This document shows positions 26,154 through 37,500 of a stretch of DNA of 64,000 nucleotides, piece by piece. This stretch comes from Octopus bimaculoides (Eukaryota), in NCBI RefSeq assembly GCF_001194135.2, contig NC_069005.1:11070026-11134025 (forward strand). Reading direction: 5' to 3'. The notes under the pieces are model-generated. The model searched no databases and was not told the origin of the DNA. It saw only the letters and a list, made by a program, of their open reading frames with translations. A program made the translations under genes and the position numbers. The first letter of the stretch is position 1; every line of letters starts with the position of its first letter.

Positions 26154-29100
26154 CTTACACATACATCATACATTTTTAATGCCAAGTTTCATCTCACATG
26201 TCCTGATATCAGTTGAAAAGCAGTTCTAGTGTTATTTTTATCTTTAACCCTCTTTTTATTGTGAAAATCAGAAATATCCACTTGAGATTTTGTTACCCTT
26301 AACTGCAGGAAGCTGTTTTAATATGCCAATCTAGCAATCTCTCTTTTGTTGAGGAATGATGTTTGAAACTATATTTTGCTGTGATAAATCAACTTTATCA
26401 AGGCAACATGACTTGCAGAAAATACTCATTCTATGCTATGATAGATATCTGATATTACCGGAATAATCTTGAAATTTAAATGATTGATTAGTTAGTTGGT
26501 TAGATTGATAACGAATTGACTAACAATTAAGCAGTGGTAAAAGAGACACTCGAGGTAGACCTTGAAATTAAATTTTACAGTTAAGGGGTTAACCTTGGTT
26601 TTCCATAATAAACACTGAAATGGAAAGATTGGTCATTCATACTCGGAGAAACTGAACATTTAGATGCAGGTTTGGCTGTGGTTAAGCCATTTGCTTTGCA
26701 ACCATGTCGTTCTGGGTTAATTTTCATGGCACAGCACCCCGAGAAAGTGTTTGCTTCTATAGTAGCGGGCCATTCAATGCCTTGTGTATTTGGTAAACGA
26801 AAACTGCATGGAAGCCAGTTGTGTGTGCATACCCCAATCCATGACAGCATGGAAGACTGGTGATAACACATGTGTAATATACATATGTGTGTTTCTCTGT
26901 ACTTGATAACCAGTGTTGGTTTGTTTACATTCTCGTAACTGAGCTGATTGGCAAAAAGAGACCTGTTGAATATGTACCAGACATTAAGTACTGGAAGTGG
27001 AGGCGCAATGGCCCAGTGGTTAGGGCAGCGGACTCGTGGTCATAGGATCATGGTTTCGATTCCCAGACCGGGCGTTGTGAGTGTTTATTGAGCGAAAAAC
27101 ACTTAAAAGCTCCACGAGGCTCCGGCAGGGGATGGTGGCGAACCCTGCTGTACTCTTGCACCACAACTTTCTCTCACTCTTACTTCCTGTTTCTGTTGTA
27201 CCTGTAATTCAAAGGGGTCAGCCTTGTCACGCTCTGTGTCACGCTGAATATCCCTGAGAACTACGTTAAGGGTACACGTGTTTGTGGAGTGCTCAGCCAC
27301 TTGCACGTTAATTTCACGAGCAGGCTGTTCCGTTGATCGCATCAACTGGAACCCTTGACGTCGTAAGCGACGGAGTGCCAACAAGTACTGGAATCATTTT
27401 GCTTGGCCGAAACCAGTGATCTTTATAAAAAGTGAAAAAATATCCAAAGATAACCTATTTAATGTTTAATAGTTTTTATGAAGTCTGTTCTATTATCTGT
27501 TATGTATTAATGTTGATGTTAATCATGTTTAATTACTGATTTTGAGTTTATACTAATTGTGTTAATTTTCATGCTCACATTTACATTTCTAACTGTATTT
27601 TTTAAAAATATTTTCAATATTTGATGTTTGGTTTACATATTTTTTTTTAATGCAGAACACTGAATTTTTATTTTTGAAAACATTTTTACATTCTAGTATT
27701 CAATTTATTTAAAAACCATTTTCTATGTGTTGCTTTTGTCTCAAAGTTGTCTGTAAAATGTGCTTAATGGTAGCTAGTTTTTACATTTTTTTTTTCTTTG
27801 TGCAATTCATTCCACTTATCTGGCAAGGATACTTTCGACCACTTTCGAATAATGATATAACTAGAAGCTTAAGATTTCTAAAATATTTTTTGGGGAAAAT
27901 GAAAAAAAATAACTAATAGATTTTAAGTTTTTAATGTAGAAACGCATACTTATTTCAAAGCATACAATATCTTATTTTTACATTTTGTTTTAAAGTTAAT
28001 ATTCCTGTTTCCTTTTCAATTTCTTTTTTTTTTTCGTGTTTCTAAAATCACATTCTGCCCTAGAATTATTCAGGAATAGAAGTATCAGATTTTTTTTTTT
28101 CTTTAAAGTACAACTTCAATGTCTATCTTCTGTCCCCTTTATTAAACTTTAGCTCAATTATTATTAAACAAGGAAGTTGCTGGCAGAATCATCATCACGT
28201 CTGCCAAAATGCCTATTGGCATTTCTTCCAGTTCTTTATGTTGGGAGCTTAACTCCTGCCAAGGTCCATTTTGCTTTTTGGTTCATTTTGGGCCCCATAA
28301 AGTACCAGTCAAATACTGGGGTTGATGTAAACAACTTGCTCCCTCCCTTAAAATTATTGGTTTTGTGTCAATTTGAAGCAATTTTTATTAAACTCTATTA
28401 CTAAAACTTAGATCAATTATTAACCTTTCTATAATCATGGTATCTCAGTGCTGTGATTATAGAAATGTTAATAATTGATCACGGTATTGACCAAACTATT
28501 GGACATTGGACATCGCTGGTTACAATGCGCTTTGCATTGTTTTAGCTTTTAAACGCGACCACCCCACTGGCTCGGCTTTGACAGGAGCTGGCAAGGTCAT
28601 GGCTGCACCAAATTCCATTGTCTGCTTTTTATGTGGAACCAGCACCAGTGCCTATTTACATGTCACCTTAGTTTTAGGACACAAATTCTGTTGAGGTGGG
28701 CTGGTCTTTTTGAGTACAGCAATGCACTACATATCTTGGTCCTCTGTCATCTCCTTTGTAAGGCTCAGCATTTTGAGATTGGCCTTCAGTACTTCATCCC
28801 ATATCTTCCTGGGTCTCCCTCTTACACAACTTCCCTCCTCTTTAAGTGATTGGCACTTATGCAACTGTCTTCATCCATCTGCATCATGTGACCAAACTAG
28901 TGCAATCTCCTGTCATACATATTGCATATTGTTCCTGTTGTCCTTAACTTTTCTCTCAATACACTAGTGCTCTGTTGCACATGTACACTGACAACACATC
29001 CAGTGGAGTATACCAGCTTCATTCCTATTTATTCTTCACATATCCTTTGCATTCGGGCCCACATCTCACTACCATGTGGCATTGCAGTTTGTACACATGC

Positions 29101-29646
29101 ATTATACAATCTTCCTTTCCTTTGGAGAGAGAGAGAGAGAGAGACCTTTGCCAAGTGAAAACTCTTTGAACTTTCTCCATCCTGTTCTTATTCTAGCAAT
29201 TACACTTTCTGTACCACCTCCTCCACTGCGAATTAGGTCACCTCGACAGCAGAAATTATTTACAGCTTCCAGAGATCCTCTGGGACATCAGAGGAAATCA
29301 GTTTCCATTTATCTGTGGTCTTAATGACTCCTGTAAATCTTCCACACGTAAACACTACCTTCTCTGTTAACCTTCCTAGTATTCCACTGCATCTCGTGTG
29401 TCCATAGCCTGCACTGGGAACACTGAATGGAATCAATGTCTGGAATTACATTTTAGTTTAGTATCTTTTTTTTCCCTCCATAAAAGGAGACAGGCATGTG
29501 AACTAAACACTAGATTCTGTTCAAATTAAAATCTGGTAGTTGAGTGTTTTATCAAATCTATCTACTTAATGATGGTAAGACTTAATTACTTCTTAGCAAT
29601 TGATTTTTAAAGTTTAAATTTATTCACATGCGCACACACATTTATT

Positions 29647-29679
<33 letters not shown>

Positions 29680-31466
29680 ATGTGCATAAATATACTTGTA
29701 TGGTTGGTTATTTAAAAAAAAATTTTTTTTTTTTTGTTACATATTTTTTTTCTTAATCTAATCAGATCTGATTGAAACACACAGTTCTACTACAATTTCC
29801 TCCTCCTCAACTTCCCAAACTATTATGGGAGTATCAAGTATGCATCCATCTCAGGACCCTCTCATCCAACATCGTAATCATCAACTTCAACAACTGCAGC
29901 AGCAGCAGCAACAGCAGCAGCCACAACCACCACCACCACCACCACAACAACATCACCCCCCTCCCTATCACCACAAGCCACCCTCACAGCAACAGCCATC
30001 ACTCCCACCAGTTACACAGTTACAACAAATGCATTCATTGCAACCATCTTCACTACCACCAGCATTACAACATCAACTATCGCAACCAATACAGCAGTCA
30101 GAAGACACAGGTAATTCCCTGTTTTCCTTGGGTCCCCACCCAGTGAATAGTCGTACATTATCGCCACCTCTACCATCTCGAGCACCACCATCACCCCAAT
30201 CGGAGCAGCAGCAGTCGTTAGGGCCGAGCATCCTGTCGGGTATTGCTCCTTCACAGGGTAGTATTGTGTCCAGCAAAAGGGCCATCTTGGAGTCACTTAA
30301 TCAGGACACCACCACCACAACCATTACCACCACCAACACCACCGCCAACAACATCAACAACCACCACCACCACCACCACCACCACCACAGCAGCAGCAAC
30401 AACTCTGTATTGGAATCTCTTTTCAACTTAAACTGTCCAGTCCCTGAAAAACCAGATTCAGGTAAGCTTGACTTTTGTGGTCTACTGAAATGGTCGCATA
30501 CTTATTTGTAACCTATCATCGACTATCTTTACACCCTTCCCCTGTTCCCCTCCCAGTTTTTGAGTTTGGAAACTGAGCTGGAAACTTTTTCAATCTTACT
30601 CTGTAATTTAGTTACGATTATTATTATTGATGTTACAATGTAATTTCTCTCTAGGAATTGTTATACTGTTAATTAAAGGTTAACTCTTTTGTGTGCAAGT
30701 ATGCTATTTTTTTTTTTTTTAATTCATGTCCCTGTCCTACACATTTTAACCCTTTCGTTACCGTATTATTTTGAGATGCTCTGTGTTTCTTTCAATTATT
30801 TCAAATATAACAAAGAATTTAGTAAAATAACTTAAGCTAGTGTTTTTTAATTCAAAACTTAGGAAAACGGTACATTTGTACCACAGGACTAGAGCCGGTT
30901 TCAGCCGCGTTGGTAATGAAAGGGTTAAACAGGTGTTTTTTTTGGGTTTTTTTACATAGTATTAAGAAATGCTGTTTTACTTAAAAATTTATCTGGAATC
31001 CCCTTACATCTACCTACCATTTAATGTTTTAAGTAAATTGTAGATCTGATTAATGGGTAAATGGTCTTGAAATTAAAAATTAGGTGGTAGATTTGCCAGA
31101 TTCATTGAAGAAACAGTGGGTAGCAGTTAGTCTTTGTAAAATTTCTCTAGCATGGTTCAATGTTAAAAACGTTTGTACTTGATGTTTGTTGTCAATGTAT
31201 GACTAATTTTTCAGAAACCTCTGGACTGTTCTGTCACATGGCATGGAGTTACACACACATACACACTCTAAGTTGATATAGATGTGTGGGGAAGGGGTCA
31301 CATGAGACTTGAATTGTTTTATGTTAATTTCACCTGTGTGATGCCATGCATGACCAACATTTACACTCGTGCATGACCAAGATTACCATTTGGCTTGATG
31401 GGGATTATTGTTGTATCTCTTTCTCATGTTCTCTCTTTTCTCTCTCTTTATTTCTCTCTTTCTCTC

Positions 31467-31514
<48 letters not shown>

Positions 31515-34500
31515 CACCTTTCCCTGGCCTCCTTCTCCTCCTCTTTCTTCTGTCTCCCATCCATTCCTCCATGGTGGTCTCCCATCCATTCCTCCATGGT
31601 GGTGGCTTGTCTGTCCCTCTTCAGTCTCGCATTAATCACTGATGAAATTTGCTTTACGTTACTGTTCAGAATACGTGTGAAAGTCAAGTTTTGATTGAAT
31701 ATTTAATATCTCTGGGTGTGAGAGATATTAATGTACAAGGAATTAAAATTTTTGTTAAAATTTGATCTTTTTCTTTTAGAAAAGCAAACAAAAAAACAAA
31801 CCTGAGCTGTATGCTAATTAAGACAGGCAACTATCACTGTATTAAAGGCCAATTACTCAAACTAAATTTTAATTATTAATCAGAAATTTTAGTGTTTATA
31901 GTGTCTCAAAAATACAGATTCTTTAGAGAGTACAATCTTTTTTGTTTTGCATGATATTGCAATAGACACAGGTGTGTTTCACTCTTAGAAATCTGTACTT
32001 TTTTTTTTGAGACACTGAATTTAATTTAATACTAATGTCTTAACATTTTCTGTTAAAAATTAAAAAAAAAAATTGTAATAAGAATTACCAAATTGAATTA
32101 ACATTTTTTTGAAATTCTTTCAAAACTTTACTAAAAAATTTCATTGGTCATAGGTAACAATGTGAGTTTTTTTTCTTAACACAATTCTTTCAGATGGTTT
32201 TTGTAAAATATTCTACAACATGCCTCTATTTCTGCTGTTTTAAAAGCGTCTTCTGACCAATTTTTTTTTTCTTTTTCCCCTTGTCCCTTCTGATTCAATA
32301 TTTTTAGGGAGTCCTACCAATGTCAATGTGCACGATGCTTCTGCTCAACTCAAAGCCTTACTGTTTGGTAAAGCTGGGCGAGATTCTGTTGCTGCCTCTC
32401 CAACGCCTGGTATAAATGCCTATGGTATGTAGACTCTTCTTTCGTATTCTGTTGCTTCTACTACTACTTCCTACAATTAAGACCTTTATTTACTGGCTAT
32501 TAAACTTGCTGGTTTCTAACGAGTACCAGATCATGCATTTTGGGAGGAGAAATATAATCTATATATATATTATATTTCTCCTTCCAAAATGCATGACCTG
32601 GTACCTGTTCTGCCAACATGTTGTGGACTGGTTTAACTTTCGTAGGTGTCCCCGACTTCTGAACATCTCCCCGGCCGAACTCTCGGCCCTTCGATGTCTC
32701 TGACGCCGCAAAGACATTATCATAAAACAGCCAACCAGAGTGGAGGTGTGGTGGTGTGGCGTGCAGATCTCTACAAGGTTGAAGCTCTCCGCCAACTTCA
32801 AGACACCTCTTTCTGTTGCTCTTTGCCCTCTAACCCCATGCCTACCTACCAACAGACTGTCCTCCACTATCCACAATCTCATCTCCTCCTCCTGTTTCCT
32901 TCCCACTGCCTCCACCTACATTGTCTGCACTCCTCGGACCTCCACCATTTGCTTCCTTCAGAAAATCCGCAAGCCCAACAAGATGTTAAAATGCTGAGTT
33001 GACTTAAAACTATTAAGGGCAATTAGAGAAAAGCGAATATAATGGGCTGCTTAGAACATAAGGTCCAAATTTTGAATTGGCCAATGTGGGTGTACTTTGA
33101 TTAGGGTAACATATCTATGAAAGAGTGGTACCCGTTATTAACTTGCCAGACACACTGGGGGGGGGGGAGAAGTTAAGTTGATGGAGGTCAGAAAGAGCAA
33201 CTCCTTCCCACCCATGCAACACAGAAATAAAACAGATGTTATGAATTTAAAAAAAAAAAAAAATTTTAATTTAAAGTGTATGATACAATGTTTTTATATG
33301 TTTGTTAGCAGTCTTAACTGAAATATATTGGTTTCAAATTCTGGCACTGCAAGTTCATGGAAGGGTGTAAGATGATTACATTGGCGCCACTGTCCAACTG
33401 GTACTTATTTTATCGACTCTCCAANNNNNNNNNNNNNNNNNNNNNNNNNNNNNNNNNNNNNNNNNNNNNNNNNNNNNNNNNNNNNNNNNNNNNNNNNNNN
33501 NNNNNNNNNNNNNNNNNNNNNNNNNNNNNNNNNNNNNNNNNNNNNNNNNNNNNNNNNNNNNNNNNNNNNNNNNNNNNNNNNNNNNNNNNNNNNNNNNNNN
33601 NNNNNNNNNNNNNNNNNNNNNNNNNNNNNNNNNNNNNNNNNNNNNNNNNNNNNNNNNNNNNNNNNNNNNNNNNNNNNNNNNNNNNNNNNNNNNNNNNNNN
33701 NNNNNNNNNNNNNNNNNNNNNNNNNNNNNNNNNNNNNNNNNNNNNNNNNNNNNNNNNNNNNNNNNNNNNNNNNNNNNNNNNNNNNNNNNNNNNNNNNNNN
33801 NNNNNNNNNNNNNNNNNNNNNNNNNNNNNNNNNNNNNNNNNNNNNNNNNNNNNNNNNNNNNNNNNNNNNNNNNNNNNNNATATATATATATATATATAAA
33901 ACTGGACATCTTATTTCTTTTCCCCTTTTGCAGGCATGCCAGGCCGTGTAAAGACGGTTGCTGAGATTGAAGCTGACCTACACCACCAAATGAGTCCCAA
34001 CGGTATGGTTACTGTAAGTCCTTTGGAAGTACCAGACTGCAGTGGTGATATGTCAGCCTTCAACAAACTCCTCTCTATGATGAAGGCAGCTGCTGTCGAC
34101 AACTCTAAACCTCATGTAAGATAACCGTCTTGATATGCTCTTTCCTGTTCTCTCACTCCCTCTCTTTTATGTCAGTCCTGCATTTTTTTTTTTCGTTTTT
34201 GTATTAAACTGAAAGCCATTTGAGAAAACGCTTATTTCACATAAACCAAATGATCTTTAAATTCTTTAAACCTCTGTAGCTTATTTCCTCTAACAGTTTT
34301 GCTTGATGAAACTGAGTTCATTAATGTCCTTGATCTAAGATCTTGGATACATAATGCTGAAGATCTTGTGAATGATGAATCACTATTGCCCCTTGGGCGA
34401 GTGTCTCTCATGTCTTGTTGGGTTGACCAATGTTTTGTGAATGAAATTGGTAGACAGTGCGGAAACCTATTGTATGTGTGTTTCTTTGTCTTTACGTTAG

Positions 34501-37500
34501 AAGCTATTCAAATGTTATCAATGTCCTGTAACTTAGTGGTACAATAAAGATATTGCTAAAAATAAGTACAAGACTTCATAAATCAAAAAAACAAAAAATC
34601 AAATCAATGGGGTTGATGATTGACTAAGATGCTCTTCAAGGTGGTAGTATGGCTGCATTTTTGACAAACCTGTGAAAGTAAACTGAGGCCTGACACCTGT
34701 ACTCGATTTGGTCTTCGTACCCACAGGCTTCACCTGATAGTCCAGCAAATTAGCAATTTGTTTCACCTGGTTAATACACAGAACTGTAAGCCTGTGAACG
34801 ATTTTGTATTATTTAAAATCTTTTTGTCTTTATTCTATTTTTCATTTTCTTCTTTCAGATTCCAGATCGCAGGTCACCTCCAAATCTTCCTGCTCAGCCT
34901 CCACCAACCATTCCATATTTAACATCTGGCCAAAATGAATTTTTGCATGTAGGTTTAATTTGAATTGCCATTTCTATAATTTAGAAAACAGTCTTATATA
35001 TTTTCTATATTGCTCTTCACCTGTCCTCCCCTTAAGTAATTTTAGAAGTTTGCTGTTTAGAGATTTGATAGTTTAATGGTAGGAAATTGTACCATGTGCT
35101 ACCCACAAATCTTTTTGTGCTGTGTGCAATACGCAGGGTATATGGCTGTAGAAAACTTGCCTAGAAAAGGCGGTGAGCTGGCATAAACATTAGCACGCCA
35201 GGCAAAGTGCTTAGCAGTATTTCGTCTGCAGCTATGTTCTTAGTTCAAATTCTGCCGAGGTCAACTTAGCCTTTCATCCTTTCGGGGTCAATTAAATAAG
35301 TACCAGTTACGCATTGGGGTCGATGTAATCGACTTAATCCCTTTGTCTGTCCTTGTTTGTCCTCTATGTTTAGCCCCTTGTGGGCAGTAAAGAAATAAGA
35401 AAACTTGCCTTGACCCTTCCATTACCATCTCAGCTGAAACTGCCTCTGACTCTGTAGTACAAATGTCTTGTTTCCATAAGATTTAAATTAAAATCTTCCA
35501 CCAAACCTTAGTCACAATTTACGTTTCTAACACTAGCTTAATGATGACTGTTATTTTTCTAAATTCTTAGTTATATTTAAAATTAATTGAAAGAAACACA
35601 GAGCATCTCAAAATATGGTAACGAAAGGGTTAATGAATTCATGCAAGCATGGAAAAAATTAGACCATTAAGATGATGGTTTTTATGTCTATCACTTGTAA
35701 ATTCAGTATTTTCTTCGTGAGCATGAGCCCGATTGTATTAAAGAAGGCTTCTCTTCTTGCATAGAGGTACGGATAACCTTCATGGTGTCATCAGCTTTTA
35801 AGTACAACATTACAACTTCCTTTCCAAGCTAAGGAGATTGGAGACGAGTATATCTTTGGTGCCTTGCTTCAGAACTGCTTTTCAATGTCTGTGCCATGAT
35901 TTGAGCTGACGTTGGCTATGAATTTCAGCTGTGATGGTTAACTCTGTAAATGGCTAACTAGTTTTGGGATACAGTTAACTTGTGATAAGTTTGGTTCCAC
36001 TCACTGATTTCATTACTGTGTGGTATGATTTGCAGTGTATGGTTGAGCAGCTTCAGTTCCACTGCATGATGTCTTAGACAGGTGTCTTCTAATATATCCC
36101 TGGGTTGACCAAAGCCTTGTGAGTGGATTTGGTAGATGGAAACTGAAAGAAGCCTGTTGTGTGTGTTAGAGTCTCTTTGACATTGTGTGATAGTTAAAGT
36201 GTCACTGTCATACAAGCAGTGACCTTTGTTTCCAGTCTTCTGTGAAAATATGCCCAGCCATGGGGAACATTACCTTGTTTGGAAACTTGTATGGACTGGT
36301 GACAAGAAGGGCAGCAGTCATAGAAAACCTTTATAAACTCTGTACAACCCTTGTAGGCATGGGGAAGTGGACTTTAACCCTTTAGTGTTCAGATTACTCT
36401 GTTAAATGTAATATTTTTTTCACTCAAATTGTTCTGAATTAATCATGCATTATGTTATAGCTTTGAGGTTTCAATGATATGATTGTTTTTATTTTTAGAA
36501 TGTCACTGTAGGTTAGGTGAGAGAGGCTAGATATGACCAGTTTGAATATAAAACATGTAGAATATTTGGCCGGTTTAAACACTAAAGGGTTAAAATGATG
36601 ATGGTTTTATAGTTGAGCCTAATGGTTAACAATAGGGACAGCATTCAGATGTAAAACCATCACCATCATCATCATCATCGTTTAACGTCCGCTTTCCATG
36701 CTAGCATGGGTTGGACGATTTGACTGAGGACTGGTGAAACCGGACGGCAACACCAGGCTCCAATCTGATTTGGCAGTTTCTACAGCTGGATGCCCTTCCT
36801 AATGCCAACCACTCAGAGTGTAGTGGGTACTTTTACGTGTCACCGGCACGAAGGCCAGTCAGGCGGTACTGGCAACGGCCACACTCAAAATGGTGTATTG
36901 TATGTGCCACCCGCACAAGAGCCAGTCCAGGGGCACTGGTAACGATCTCGCTCGAAAATCCTACGAAGGCCAGTCAGGCTGTACTGGCAACGGCCACGCT
37001 CAAACTGGTGTTATGCTAAAGCAAAATCCTAAAATACATATTCTTTTACTTACCATATATACTCATGTATGAATTATTTTAGACCATATTTTTAAGGTTA
37101 AATTTATGGGTTGATGATTACATAAATACTACTTTTCAGGAGTTGAAGTTCATGGTAGAACCCAAAATACCTTAACAGTAACAGAAGCCTAAATGATCTC
37201 AAAATGAAAACACACTCACAATGAGCTACAGCAATAATATTAATTTTTACACATCATAACAATAACCAATAAACAAAGCTGTGTAGCTCTTATAACTATT
37301 AATATTTGATCTTTTATTCATATCCACCCCACTCAACAAATCTGTGTAACAAAATTTTTGTTTCTAAATTTACAGGCATTGAATCGCAACAAAGAACAGC
37401 AACTCCAGATTCAACAGCAGACTCTGAATCAAATTCGAATGCAACAACAGCACCAACACCGCCAGCACAACCAAGAACAACAGCAGCAGCAGCAGCAGCA

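Noticed and set aside
26997-27075. tRNA-like sequence (also 22460-22537, 50340-50396, 8961-9030)
   Set aside because: SINE heads: they continue into multicopy bodies with TSDs and lack a complete cloverleaf or acceptor stem.
31553-31605. Two tandem 25-bp copies beside a (CT)n tract
   Set aside because: Simple local slippage duplication.
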